IMG/VR virus record: IMGVR_UViG_3300011269_000001 | Direction: 5' to 3' (one strand) | Length of the DNA: 64,000 nt | DNA from: a virus | Part shown: positions 10,462 through 19,693 of the stretch, in pieces | Layout of the letters: each line of letters starts with the position of its first letter | Numbering within the stretch: position 1 is the first letter of the stretch | Translations under genes and position numbers: made by a program | Notes under the pieces: model-generated | What the model was told of the DNA's origin: nothing | Database searches by the model: none | Seen by the model: the letters and a program-made list of their open reading frames with translations, nothing else

Positions 10462-13065
10462 ATGAGCATTCTCCGACAATTCAACTTTTTAGGTCAAGAG
10501 CGCATCGACGTTTCTCACTTCCGCAGCCTGGAATCCAGTATCGCCGCGGACGTGGATGTCCTGGCGGGCCGAAGCCTGGCTGCAAGCAAGCCTTTGGTGG
10601 TCAGGGGTTTCAACATCGCCATGGCCGGGGCCATCGGAGCCCTGGCAACCACCCTCCAAGTTGTTGTCGCAGATGGGATTTTCTTCAACATCAACGCCAC
10701 TGAATCAGGGACCTTCTTCTGGGTGCCGTCCACGAGAGCGCCTGAGACCCTCAATTCCACGAACCCGAACGTAACCGGGAGCTTTACTGCCAACCAGACG
10801 AACTATATCGGCGTGGACCTGATTCGCAGTGCTGACGTTACGACCTCTGACCTGGCTAAGTTCCTTGACGCCGGTACTCTGTTGGAAATCAGCAAGAATG
10901 TGCCGCTCGGCAGGACTCTGAATTATCGTTTCGTCATCAGCACCAGTGCTTTCAGCACGCAGTCGAATATCTGCCCCATTGCTCAGGTTGTGACGAATGC
11001 CTCCAACATCGTCACCAGCGTCGTTGACGCCCGGAACCTGATGTACAGACTCGGCTCTGGTGGTGACTTCCCGAACCGACGCAATGCATTCACGTTCCCA
11101 GGAGGTCGCAACGAAGATACGGTCAGTGATTTTTTTGCCGGCGGCGACAAAGCCAACCAGGGATTCAAGGACTGGGCCGACATGGTCATGACCCGAATCT
11201 GGGAAATTGGCGGCGGTGAGCGTTGGTACGGACCCACGGCAGACCGTAACGTCAAGATGACCCAGAATCCGGCTACAGTTTTTGCCAGCTCCGGGGACAA
11301 CTTTGAATTCGTCGGTGGAAACCTGCACTGGCAGGGTCTGCGAATCGACTTCGACAACAGTAACAACCCCGGTACGTTCAGCAACGACATCGCCAATCAG
11401 ACAACCAACAACCCGGGACAAACAGACTTGGCGGCCGGACAATGTATTTACGTTGATATCGACCGAACTCAGACCCTGACTGGCGGTTCTGCTCTGGTTG
11501 CTGTCAAAGGAACTCTTCAAACCCTCGGTACGCCGGTGATTCCTGGCTCCAGGTTTATCATTGCCTGGCGTGACAGCAACGGTGTCTTTACTCGCGACAA
11601 TCGATTCGCTGTCAATACAGCTTTCGCCCCGGCGACCACTACCAGCTTGGGTGCAGTACAGCTCAGCTACGCGGCCGGCACCCCGGCAACCCCGACAGTG
11701 GCTCCGCTTGATGCCAACGGCAGCATCTCCAACACGGCCACGGGTGGCAACAGTTTCGGCTTCAGTGGTACCGGTTTCGGAACCGGCCCTGGAATTAGAG
11801 GTACTGGTGGAGCTACAAGTGGCCCCGGTGGTCTTTTCACCGGTGGTGGTCCCAATGGCATAGGCGCCACATTCCAGGGCACTGGCACTGGCGCTGGTCT
11901 AACCTCGACCGGTGGCGTTACCAATGCTCTCGGTGGTTCATTCTTAGGTGGCGGCACTACAGGTACCGGGCTTCAAGCTACCGGCGCTACCAATACGGCT
12001 ACGAATAGCACAGGTGGTTTGGGAGCATCGATTATTGCAGGTGCGAACGGTCCACAGCCGGGAGGCAACGCGGCCGGTGCAATCGGCGCTATTGCACTGA
12101 CTACTACAGGCGGCACCGGCAACAATGGTGGCAGTGGTTCGGGAGGTACCGGCGGCATCGGTGGCTCAGGCATCTCAAGTGCTGGTGGAGCTGGCGGTCA
12201 AGCATTCACGGGTGCAGGTGCTGCAGGTAACGGTGGTGCTTCCATTACCGGTACCGGTGGCGCCGGCGGTCTGGGAAATACAGGAAGTCCTGGAGGTACC
12301 GGTGGTCCAGGATGTAGCTTCACCGGCGGTATCGGAGGAAGCAACAGCGTTAATAGCGGATTTCCTGGTGGCGTAGGAGGTCTTTTCCAAGGTGGTGCCG
12401 GTGGTGGTACTAGCGCTGGCGCCGGTGGACACGGCATCCAAAGCACTGGCGGTACCGGTACCGGAGCAGTCCATGGCGCCGGCGGTCTTTTCACCGGCGG
12501 CGGCACAACGGGCGTAGGTATCATTGGCATCGGTGCCGGCGGCTCCCTTGTTGGTCAAGCGGGGCAAGGCGGATTATTTATTGGTGGCACCAATGCAAGC
12601 GGCATCCAGGCTACTGGCACGGGTACAGGAGTTGGCGCCCTGATTGCGGGTGGCGGCGGTATCGGCAGCTTCACTGTACCGGCCATAACCTCCCAAGGTT
12701 ATATTTCGCTGACAGGAACCAACCCCGCAAGCACCCAGGCATTTACCAACTCTGCCACGGGAAAGAACATTGCTAAGGCATTGTTGAAAATTTCAACGAA
12801 CCCGGTGACCATTTTGGACGGGTTCAACATCACCAGTGTTTCGGCGTCAGTTTCTAACCTGACCATCAACTTCGCCAGCAACTTCGCCAACGCTCACTAC
12901 ATGCCAACCATGATGACAAGTCAGCTTGCGATTTCCGCAAATGTTCTCTCACAGACAGTCGGCACCTTGGTGCTACAATTCTACAATACCAGCACCGGTG
13001 TTGCAGTTGACATCACCACCCTGGCGTCTTTCAATATCTTCGTCACCGTCCACGGCGCTCAGTAA
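10462..13065 (+). CDS. Tail fibre/baseplate protein with a long glycine-rich region
   Basis: N-terminal baseplate-attachment-like domain, about 300 aa of GGxG repeats, and a C-terminal fibre-tip-like beta domain. Confidence 0.7.
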   Translation: MSILRQFNFLGQERIDVSHFRSLESSIAADVDVLAGRSLAASKPLVVRGFNIAMAGAIGALATTLQVVVADGIFFNINATESGTFFWVPSTRAPETLNSTNPNVTGSFTANQTNYIGVDLIRSADVTTSDLAKFLDAGTLLEISKNVPLGRTLNYRFVISTSAFSTQSNICPIAQVVTNASNIVTSVVDARNLMYRLGSGGDFPNRRNAFTFPGGRNEDTVSDFFAGGDKANQGFKDWADMVMTRIWEIGGGERWYGPTADRNVKMTQNPATVFASSGDNFEFVGGNLHWQGLRIDFDNSNNPGTFSNDIANQTTNNPGQTDLAAGQCIYVDIDRTQTLTGGSALVAVKGTLQTLGTPVIPGSRFIIAWRDSNGVFTRDNRFAVNTAFAPATTTSLGAVQLSYAAGTPATPTVAPLDANGSISNTATGGNSFGFSGTGFGTGPGIRGTGGATSGPGGLFTGGGPNGIGATFQGTGTGAGLTSTGGVTNALGGSFLGGGTTGTGLQATGATNTATNSTGGLGASIIAGANGPQPGGNAAGAIGAIALTTTGGTGNNGGSGSGGTGGIGGSGISSAGGAGGQAFTGAGAAGNGGASITGTGGAGGLGNTGSPGGTGGPGCSFTGGIGGSNSVNSGFPGGVGGLFQGGAGGGTSAGAGGHGIQSTGGTGTGAVHGAGGLFTGGGTTGVGIIGIGAGGSLVGQAGQGGLFIGGTNASGIQATGTGTGVGALIAGGGGIGSFTVPAITSQGYISLTGTNPASTQAFTNSATGKNIAKALLKISTNPVTILDGFNITSVSASVSNLTINFASNFANAHYMPTMMTSQLAISANVLSQTVGTLVLQFYNTSTGVAVDITTLASFNIFVTVHGAQ

Positions 13066-13077
13066 GAGGTAGTCTGA

Positions 13078-13632
13078 ATGGCGGCTCTGACCCTCGACCA
13101 GCTGCGAAAAATAATGTCCAATCTTCCACGGCCAAAGGCTGAGCTTTATCTTCAGCCTCTCAATGATGCCATGGAAGAAGCAGGGGTCAACACGAAACCC
13201 CGCCAGGCGGCCTTCCTGGCCCAGTACGCGCACGAGACCGTTGAACTGCACTATCTTGAGGAAATAGCCTCCGGCGACGCCTACGAACCAACCAGCAAGG
13301 ACCCTGGGGCACAGAGAAGGGCTCACAGACTCGGAAACACCCAACCCGGGGATGGTCGACGTTTCAAGGGCCGAGGTCTGCCTCAGCTGACTGGCCGCGC
13401 CAATTACCAGGCCTGCGGAGATGACCTTGGCGCGGACTTCATCTCTCATCCTGAGCTTGCAGCTACCCCTGAATGGGCCTTTAAGGTCGGGGCCTGGTAC
13501 TGGAATCTGAAGCACCTCAACGACTGGGCTGACAAAGGTGACTTTCTGAAAATCACCCTTCTTATCAACGGCGGCTACAACGGCCTTGAGTCCAGGAAAA
13601 AATATTTCAACCGTTGTCAACAGGTTCTCTGA
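13078..13632 (+). CDS. Endolysin, glycoside hydrolase family 19
   Basis: Motifs FLAQYAHET, FKGRGLPQLTGRANY and INGGYNGLESR. Confidence 0.92.
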   Translation: MAALTLDQLRKIMSNLPRPKAELYLQPLNDAMEEAGVNTKPRQAAFLAQYAHETVELHYLEEIASGDAYEPTSKDPGAQRRAHRLGNTQPGDGRRFKGRGLPQLTGRANYQACGDDLGADFISHPELAATPEWAFKVGAWYWNLKHLNDWADKGDFLKITLLINGGYNGLESRKKYFNRCQQVL

Positions 13633-13635
13633 ACA

Positions 13636-13642
13636 CAATCTT
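13636..13642 (+). promoter_or_regulatory. CAATCTT putative late-promoter box
   Basis: Intergenic, followed by the AGGAGG RBS and the ATG at 13662. Confidence 0.65.
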
Positions 13643-13661
13643 AGAGTAGGAGGAAGTTCCC

Positions 13662-14072
13662 ATGGCAGGTCGCGAGATAGCAGCACTCGGAGCAACTTTT
13701 ACAGCCGACGGCACAGCTAACGGGTATATCTCCGTGGCTTCGACAACGGGCTTCTACGTCAAGGCGTTTGCAAACCTCAGCGATACCACGGGCCGCAGTG
13801 CCAGGGTTCAAATCACTCAGATTCTATCCGCAACTCAGCTCGGGGTCCGCATTTTTCCGCAAGTGGTCCCCCTGAGCCAAGGTAACCCGATAACTCCTCC
13901 GGCCGGAGGTCCAGGCCCAGGCAGCGCTCCGCCTCCTCCCGCGGGCATTACCTATCAATCCGGTCCGAATTACGGTCGAAGCGACGTCAGCGCCTTTACT
14001 CTGGCCAACGGCTCGCGCATCGACATGGAAGCTCAGTTCATTTACAACCCGAACGACCAACCGTTGCCGTAA
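13662..14072 (+). CDS. Hypothetical, probably virion protein with a Pro-rich insert
   Basis: 136 aa, strong RBS, preceded by the late box. Confidence 0.55.
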   Translation: MAGREIAALGATFTADGTANGYISVASTTGFYVKAFANLSDTTGRSARVQITQILSATQLGVRIFPQVVPLSQGNPITPPAGGPGPGSAPPPPAGITYQSGPNYGRSDVSAFTLANGSRIDMEAQFIYNPNDQPLP

Positions 14073-14074
14073 GG

Positions 14075-14629
14075 CTACGGATTGACCTTCTTCGCCTGGT
14101 AGAGATTCTGGGCTGCATCGATTCCCCGCTCAGCGAAATGAACGTGATTCTGGTCAGCATCGCCGTAGACGAAGAATGACCAATGATGGCCAAGCTCGTG
14201 CATGAACATGAACATGCCGAGTTGGACGTCTACTTCCCCTGAATCGAAGGTCTCGCCCATCAGGCATTGGCCCCCAACCCATTTCAGGCACTGCTCCCCG
14301 TTACCCCAATATCCCTCGGTCCCGTGTGTGTCGACGACCCAGACGGTGCTCAGAGTCTTGAGTGAATCCTCGAAGCGGTTATAGGCCCCCATGAGGAGGA
14401 GAGAATATTTGATAGGCGGTAGAGGCTCGTCCAAGACGCCATTGGTCATGCGTACGAACCCATGCCCAAATTCAAAGGCCAGGGCCGCGTTCGTCTCAAC
14501 TGCCGCACAGTCAATGGGTCGAGTCGCGTGGACAGGCGCTGCGAACTGCGTGACGTGGCAGGTGAAAGGCTCGACCCCTCCGCCGCAAGCAGACAGGAAC
14601 AGAACGGATGTAAGTAGAAGTGTTTTCAT
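14075..14629 (-). CDS. Lipoprotein with a zincin metallopeptidase motif
   Basis: Signal peptide with lipobox LSA-C (MKTLLLTSVLFLSACGGG) and HELGHH motif. Confidence 0.7.
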   Translation of the reverse strand: MKTLLLTSVLFLSACGGGVEPFTCHVTQFAAPVHATRPIDCAAVETNAALAFEFGHGFVRMTNGVLDEPLPPIKYSLLLMGAYNRFEDSLKTLSTVWVVDTHGTEGYWGNGEQCLKWVGGQCLMGETFDSGEVDVQLGMFMFMHELGHHWSFFVYGDADQNHVHFAERGIDAAQNLYQAKKVNP

Positions 14630-14796
14630 GCCCAGGTCACAATCCCGCGACGGGTGCCATTCAGGTCGAGTACCTTCAGGGAGAAAATGTCGCGAATTTC
14701 CTCAGGTAAGACAGAGTCTGTCTTGGCGGCCTCAATGAAGGCCCCGAGCCAGGGGTAGATGTCGGCATCTGTGTTGTTCACAATCATGATTTCCAT
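14626..14796 (-). CDS. Small hypothetical protein
   Basis: Likely start MEIMIVNN. Stop overlaps the next start (ATGA). Confidence 0.45.
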   Translation of the reverse strand: MEIMIVNNTDADIYPWLGAFIEAAKTDSVLPEEIRDIFSLKVLDLNGTRRGIVTWA

Positions 14797-14828
14797 GATT
14801 CGCTTCTTAGCCCAGGAAAATATTTTTG

Positions 14829-15095
14829 TCAAGCACTGAGAGCATTGATTGCCAAGAGACATGCACCAGAAGAATCCGCGCACGCGGGATGTGCACATAT
14901 TTCGAACTCAGGACATACTCGACCCATCTTAGCGATTTCGGAGAGCACAGTCCGCAGTGCGCGGATTTCTGCCGCCATAGTGGGGATGTCTCGACAGACT
15001 TGAATTTCATCTTTGCTTGCCCGTGCGTGCTTAAACCGAGCGCTATTGAATACTCGGTTCGCCCGCTCGACAATTTCGTCTAGGTCGATTCTCAC
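14829..15095 (-). CDS. Hypothetical protein (Cys-rich C-terminus)
   Basis: 88 aa, coupled to the neighbouring gene by a 4-nt overlap. Confidence 0.55.
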   Translation of the reverse strand: MRIDLDEIVERANRVFNSARFKHARASKDEIQVCRDIPTMAAEIRALRTVLSEIAKMGRVCPEFEICAHPACADSSGACLLAINALSA

Positions 15096-15457
15096 GGGAA
15101 GAAAACTTCCAGATGCTTCTTATGCTGAAGGGCCAGGTCGATGCTGTGCTTGGTTCCGCGGGACCTGCCGTCCCAGAATGCAATCACGCCATCCGCGGCC
15201 TTGACCATTTCTTCATTCCGGATGTAGCCGGCGGACTTGCCATAGCGGTTCCAGTCAGCGGGAAAAATCTGAGTCGGAAACCCTATTTTCTTGGCCTCAA
15301 CGATTGACCAAGTGTCGACACCCGCAGCTCCGCCGCTGATGATGGTCACATCCTCGACCACTCCAAAGGCCTCCAACAGGAGCCGTGAAAGCTTGAAGAC
15401 GATGTAATCAATCTTTTCGGCCGGCCAATTGCGGCTCCCGACGAAAGCAATTTTCAT
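15092..15457 (-). CDS. SLOG-superfamily protein (YspA/DUF2493-like)
   Basis: MKIAFVGSRNW...IISGGAAGVD...ADWNRYGKSAGYIRNEEMV...IAFWDGRSRGT. Confidence 0.85.
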   Translation of the reverse strand: MKIAFVGSRNWPAEKIDYIVFKLSRLLLEAFGVVEDVTIISGGAAGVDTWSIVEAKKIGFPTQIFPADWNRYGKSAGYIRNEEMVKAADGVIAFWDGRSRGTKHSIDLALQHKKHLEVFFP

Positions 15458-15696
15458 CTGAAGTCCCCATCGTCAATTCTCTTGACTGCCACGATGGTGC
15501 ATTCGTACACCATCGGGCCGCCGTAGAGTTTGCCGTAGTAAGAAGAGCCCATATACGTAGGAGCAGCCGACCAAGAAGTCAGAAGACCTTCGTACGTGGA
15601 GTCCCCGATTTTGAAAGGAAAGGGCTTGCCTTCAACGAGTTTCTCCAACTCCTCGGTAAAGCCCGGGGCCTCGACGTCAGTGATGCGGATAATCAT
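15454..15696 (-). CDS. Hypothetical protein
   Basis: 80 aa with ATGA overlaps on both sides. Confidence 0.55.
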   Translation of the reverse strand: MIIRITDVEAPGFTEELEKLVEGKPFPFKIGDSTYEGLLTSWSAAPTYMGSSYYGKLYGGPMVYECTIVAVKRIDDGDFR

Positions 15697-16028
15697 CGGC
15701 GAACCTTCTTCTTGGATTTCCGCGCTTCTCGCTTCAACTTGTCGAAGAACTTCTCGTCCTTGGCCAGGTAAGCCTCGTTGAGAGCTTCCAAGGCTTTTGA
15801 CAAATCTTCCTTGAGTCGTTCGATTTGTTGACGAGTTTCTTTCAAGGTTCCGAGCGTCTGTTCGTACCGATTGCGCTCAAATTTCCAATCATCGAGGTGT
15901 CTCTCAGTGAGGTCTTTGTGCTCCCTCTGCAGGTTTTGGTGAGTCCGAGAATATTGGATGAAGACTTCCGCCAGCCAGGTCAGCACTCCGACACCAATTT
16001 CTTTGAAAAGGAACAGTAGATGTATCAT
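15693..16028 (-). CDS. Hypothetical protein (hydrophobic N-terminus plus coiled coil)
   Basis: 111 aa, translationally coupled to neighbours. Confidence 0.55.
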   Translation of the reverse strand: MIHLLFLFKEIGVGVLTWLAEVFIQYSRTHQNLQREHKDLTERHLDDWKFERNRYEQTLGTLKETRQQIERLKEDLSKALEALNEAYLAKDEKFFDKLKREARKSKKKVRR

Positions 16029-16564
16029 CGGAGTGCACCGGAGCGCTTGAGTTTCATCATCTGGGCATGAATCGCGGACCGTTTTGGGGTCCGGAGTACA
16101 TCGACAAAGAGCTTACCGTCTAGGTGCTCCATTTCGTGCTGCAGAATATGAGCCCTGAGGCCGTTTGTTTCCCGGGTCACCAGGTTGAAGTTCTCGTCCC
16201 GGTACCTGACATCCCATTTTGGGTGTCGGAGGATATCTTCGAAAATACCAGGAAGGCTGAGACAACCCTCGCGAAGCAACGTGCGCTCGCCAAAGACTTC
16301 CTTCATCTTTTTCCCCTCGGGTAGCACGACCTCGGGGTTGACGTAGAATTCCGGACCCTCGCCAACGTCCAGGGCTAATACGCGCTCAGAGATTCCGACC
16401 TGAATTGCTGACAGCCCGACACCCTTGCGGGCCTTCATCAGGTGGTAAAGCTCCAGGAGGAACGACTTGCCTGGAGCGCGTTCCAGCGGTGCACTGAGGT
16501 TCTTCAGGATTGGGTCAGGGTAATAGCGAAGTTTCAGCATGTGAGTTTCCTTTCCGACGAACAT
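16025..16564 (-). CDS. def: Peptide deformylase
   Basis: All three PDF motifs present: GVGLSAIQ, EGCLS and QHEMEHLDG. Confidence 0.95.
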   Translation of the reverse strand: MFVGKETHMLKLRYYPDPILKNLSAPLERAPGKSFLLELYHLMKARKGVGLSAIQVGISERVLALDVGEGPEFYVNPEVVLPEGKKMKEVFGERTLLREGCLSLPGIFEDILRHPKWDVRYRDENFNLVTRETNGLRAHILQHEMEHLDGKLFVDVLRTPKRSAIHAQMMKLKRSGALR

Positions 16565-16573
16565 TTGCAGGTC

Positions 16574-16810
16574 TCATTGGATGTTTCCGATGACGGGTTT
16601 GTCCCCGAAGTGTATTTGAAAGTACTTCAGGAAGTCAGCCTGGTAGCGTTTTTCTTGTCCGTCCTTGCGAACAACAAGGTCGATGGTGTGGGCATTGCTG
16701 AGGTCCGGCCAAAGCATCTTCATTTTTTCCTGAAGAAACTCCACCCATTCAGATTCGGCCCAGGCCGACTTGGGATAATCGTTTTTATTGGGCCGAAGAG
16801 TACGGTTCAT
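16574..16810 (-). CDS. Hypothetical protein
   Basis: 78-aa ORF that fits the operon. Confidence 0.5.
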   Translation of the reverse strand: MNRTLRPNKNDYPKSAWAESEWVEFLQEKMKMLWPDLSNAHTIDLVVRKDGQEKRYQADFLKYFQIHFGDKPVIGNIQ

Positions 16811-16829
16811 GATGATGGCTTTACGCTCA

Positions 16830-16836
16830 CAATCTT
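16830..16836 (+). promoter_or_regulatory. CAATCTT putative late-promoter box upstream of the HNH gene
   Basis: Followed by the AAGGAGG RBS and the ATG at 16865. Confidence 0.6.
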
Positions 16837-16864
16837 ATGTATAGAACCACCAAAGGAGGTTCAA

Positions 16865-17350
16865 ATGAATTGTAGCAAATGTGGCCAAGAAAAACAAGAG
16901 AAGGCATTCGCCACCTTCAGAACTCGTAAAGGAGAGTTGCGTCGACGGGGCGTCTGTTGGAAGTGCCGTGGTCAATATGCCGAAGAGAATTTTGAACGCC
17001 TGCAAGGATGGAGGCACGATTTCAATAAAAAGAACAAGACCAAAAGGTACGACCGGGTCAAAAGACTTAAGTTTGAGGCCAAGGCGTACGTCGACGACAT
17101 CAAAGCCAATAATCCATGTGTCGATTGCGGTGAAAAGTTTCATCCGGTGGCGATGGACTTTGACCATCCTCGGGGAGGTAAAACGATGGGTGTTGCTCAA
17201 CTTGTCGGTTCAGGGTACAAGCTCAATTTGATTAAAGCTGAAATCGCAAAGTGCGAATTGGTATGCGCCTGCTGTCATCGCGTCCGGACTTGGAAGCGTG
17301 GAGAAAATTTGGCACCTAAGAAAGCCAACACAAAGTGCATTCTCCTCTAG
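16865..17350 (+). CDS. HNH homing endonuclease (antisense insertion)
   Basis: True start is MNCSKCG (RBS AAGGAGGT). Motifs CxxC...CVDCG...MDFDH...KCELVCACCHRVRT. Confidence 0.85.
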   Translation: MNCSKCGQEKQEKAFATFRTRKGELRRRGVCWKCRGQYAEENFERLQGWRHDFNKKNKTKRYDRVKRLKFEAKAYVDDIKANNPCVDCGEKFHPVAMDFDHPRGGKTMGVAQLVGSGYKLNLIKAEIAKCELVCACCHRVRTWKRGENLAPKKANTKCILL

Positions 17351-18551
17351 TGCGAGAAATCGCCGTATAGAGCCAACGCCGGCCCTGGGTTGTGAAAAGT
17401 TTGATACTGGGCTCCATGGCCACGAGGACCAGCGGAAACTCAGAACCCTGGCTCTTATGGGCCGTCAGGCAGTATCCAAAGTTTGCGTGCAGGTACGGAG
17501 GATAATAATCATCTTGGTCCCCGGGCCAGTGAGCCCAGGCCGCTTTCCGGCAGGCGCGGTGGATGAATTTGTCACTGTACTCATCGGCTAGACCCAGGAC
17601 TTGTTCCTCGCTGATGATTGCCTTTAGATTATCTTCTAGCTTGATGGCGATGAACTTCATCCCCATTTCGATGCCCTTGTTCCAGTCCCGGACCCGGAAA
17701 CTTTCGGCCACGGTCTCGGTGATTTCCTGCAAGGTGACAACCTCACCATTGAAACGGTCCAGGTCGTAGTTGTTCCTCAGGACCAGAAGCGGCTCGTTGA
17801 TGGAAATATCCTTCAGCCCACGGGCCCGACGGACTTGGGTATTGACCATGTGCCGGGTTTCATTCCGATGGCAGATGACGGCGCCGCCGGCAGACCAGGT
17901 CTGGAGTCCCTTCTCGGTTAACTTCTTCTCGCTAACCGCCGGAAGCTCCATCAGGGCATTGGTAAAGTCTGTGTTTTCCCGGACCGCCATGCTGATTCGG
18001 ATGATGGGATTATCCAGGGCCTGACGGACAACCTCGGTCATGTGAACTTTGATATTGGCCGGGAATTCGGGTGCCAAGATGCTGAATGGGTCTTTTTTAT
18101 CCTTGACCACCGGTGGCAACTGGAATCCGTCCCCGATGGCCACGATGTTCAAATGCTTTTCCTGGCAGGCCCGGAGAATGTCTTTCCAGATATCTTGACT
18201 GACCATTGAGGCTTCGTCGATGATGAGTAGATTCCCAGGCGGGGTCTGGATGTCGTCCCGGACCGAAAAGCGGACATTGCCCTTGTCATCTTCGCTTGGC
18301 CAGTAGAGCCATCGGTGGATGGTCATGGCGTTAACCGGCGCCACTTCTTTGACTCGCTGACTGGCTTTGCCGGTCGGGGTCACGACCAATAGATGTTCGC
18401 CGAATTCCTCGGCTAAGACCTTGAGTAGAGTTGTTTTACCGGTGCCGGCATAGCCGTTGATGACAGCTACGTCGCCACCGAATTCCGACTTCCTGATGAG
18501 TCGAATAGCCTGAAGGGCTTCTTCTTGCCCGGCTGTGAGTTTCAGGTCCAT
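17316..18551 (-). CDS. SF1B helicase, Dda/RecD-like
   Basis: GYAGTGKT, IIDEASM, GDGFQLPPV, TAHKSQGSE and LYTAISR. Confidence 0.93.
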   Translation of the reverse strand: MDLKLTAGQEEALQAIRLIRKSEFGGDVAVINGYAGTGKTTLLKVLAEEFGEHLLVVTPTGKASQRVKEVAPVNAMTIHRWLYWPSEDDKGNVRFSVRDDIQTPPGNLLIIDEASMVSQDIWKDILRACQEKHLNIVAIGDGFQLPPVVKDKKDPFSILAPEFPANIKVHMTEVVRQALDNPIIRISMAVRENTDFTNALMELPAVSEKKLTEKGLQTWSAGGAVICHRNETRHMVNTQVRRARGLKDISINEPLLVLRNNYDLDRFNGEVVTLQEITETVAESFRVRDWNKGIEMGMKFIAIKLEDNLKAIISEEQVLGLADEYSDKFIHRACRKAAWAHWPGDQDDYYPPYLHANFGYCLTAHKSQGSEFPLVLVAMEPSIKLFTTQGRRWLYTAISRTRGECTLCWLS

Positions 18552-18844
18552 CAGAATTCTGATTTCACTTCGGCAAAGGTGTCGTTCGCAATTTGCGTAA
18601 ACTTGCGTTGAGCGTGGAAGAGACCCGCTGCCAATTCAAGAAGCAATTCTTCTTTTGGGACAACCGTGATGGAAAACTTAGAATCCACCCAGCGTTCTGC
18701 ACCCAGAGAATCAAACCCGTCTTTGACTTCTACGGCCAAGAAGTTTTGAGGCTCGGATGATGGGAGCGGCTGTGAAATCTGAACGATTCGAACCCGACGA
18801 TTTTTCCAAATGACTTCCGGTTTGAATGAAAATGTGCCGTTCAT
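18551..18844 (-). CDS. Hypothetical protein
   Basis: 97 aa, coupled to neighbours. Confidence 0.55.
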   Translation of the reverse strand: MNGTFSFKPEVIWKNRRVRIVQISQPLPSSEPQNFLAVEVKDGFDSLGAERWVDSKFSITVVPKEELLLELAAGLFHAQRKFTQIANDTFAEVKSEF

Positions 18845-19287
18845 TTTTGCACCTTCTTGCTACCTTTCTTCTGTGCCCAGCGCTCCGCCCGCTGACGACG
18901 ACGTTCGACTTCAGCCGGATTAGACTCCAAGAGTATAGCAGAAGGTGTCGGCCGAGCCGCTTTGACCGCGGCTTCCCCGAGTTGCTTCGGAGTTGCGGTA
19001 AATAATTTCTTGACAGCGGCCTTGGCCTCGGGGGTTTGCTGGGCAGCGAGATTCTTATCTCCTGTGACTTCCAACATCAGCCGAGCCAGCTGTTTCTTGG
19101 CCTGGCCTGGGATGGAACCTTCGTCCAGCTGCTTCTGAAGTCTGGCCAACTTTTGTTCGTTGGTCAGGATGTCGTACGCGGCTTGGCGTTCCTTCGCTCT
19201 CTCACGCCGTGCAACTTTGTCCGGGAACTTACAGTGCCCGTTCCGGGCGTTCTTGCCCTTGGGGCCTTTGATTTCAGTGGCTAACAC
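18841..19287 (-). CDS. Basic hypothetical protein
   Basis: GTG start with AAGGAG RBS, K/R-rich. Confidence 0.6.
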   Translation of the reverse strand: MLATEIKGPKGKNARNGHCKFPDKVARRERAKERQAAYDILTNEQKLARLQKQLDEGSIPGQAKKQLARLMLEVTGDKNLAAQQTPEAKAAVKKLFTATPKQLGEAAVKAARPTPSAILLESNPAEVERRRQRAERWAQKKGSKKVQK

Positions 19288-19339
19288 AACGACTCCTTGG
19301 TAAAGGAAAGCTTCCTAAGACCAATTCTCAGTCAAGTAC

Positions 19340-19368
19340 TCCTTACCATGGGCCGAAGATTTTGTCCA
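19340..19368 (-). promoter_or_regulatory. Host sigma70-type promoter (TGGACA-N17-TAAGGA with extended TG)
   Basis: Intergenic with correct spacing. The -10 is imperfect. Confidence 0.35.
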
Positions 19369-19369
19369 A

Positions 19370-19693
19370 TTATGGCAGTAGTCCGGTTGCGAACAGATAA
19401 TAGATAGACGCTAGCTGGTAGGCGGTCAGCAGGGCGAAGATGCCGATGGCAACCCAAACTGCTCGGTGGGCATAGCACCGGTCTTGGTTAGCCCAAGCGA
19501 ACGCAGAACTGACCAGGACGAGAGTAGCCTTCAGGCCCACGAAAGCAAACGGGGAAATATTGTAGGCCCAGCGCATCAGTGGATTCAGTTCATGAGCCAC
19601 TCCGGAAATCAGAACCCAGAGTGAAGTCACCAAGTCGACGAAGTTTAGAGTTGCGAGGATGAAAATCTTCCAAGTCATCGAAAGCCGTTTCAC
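19370..19693 (-). CDS. Membrane protein, DUF5658-like
   Basis: Three TM segments with LNFVDLVTS...ELNPLM...F..LK pattern. Confidence 0.7.
   Translation of the reverse strand: MKRLSMTWKIFILATLNFVDLVTSLWVLISGVAHELNPLMRWAYNISPFAFVGLKATLVLVSSAFAWANQDRCYAHRAVWVAIGIFALLTAYQLASIYYLFATGLLP

Noticed and set aside
16442-16864. N-terminal extension of the 302-aa HNH ORF
   Set aside because: It overlaps minus-strand genes. The RBS and promoter box point to the ATG at 16865.
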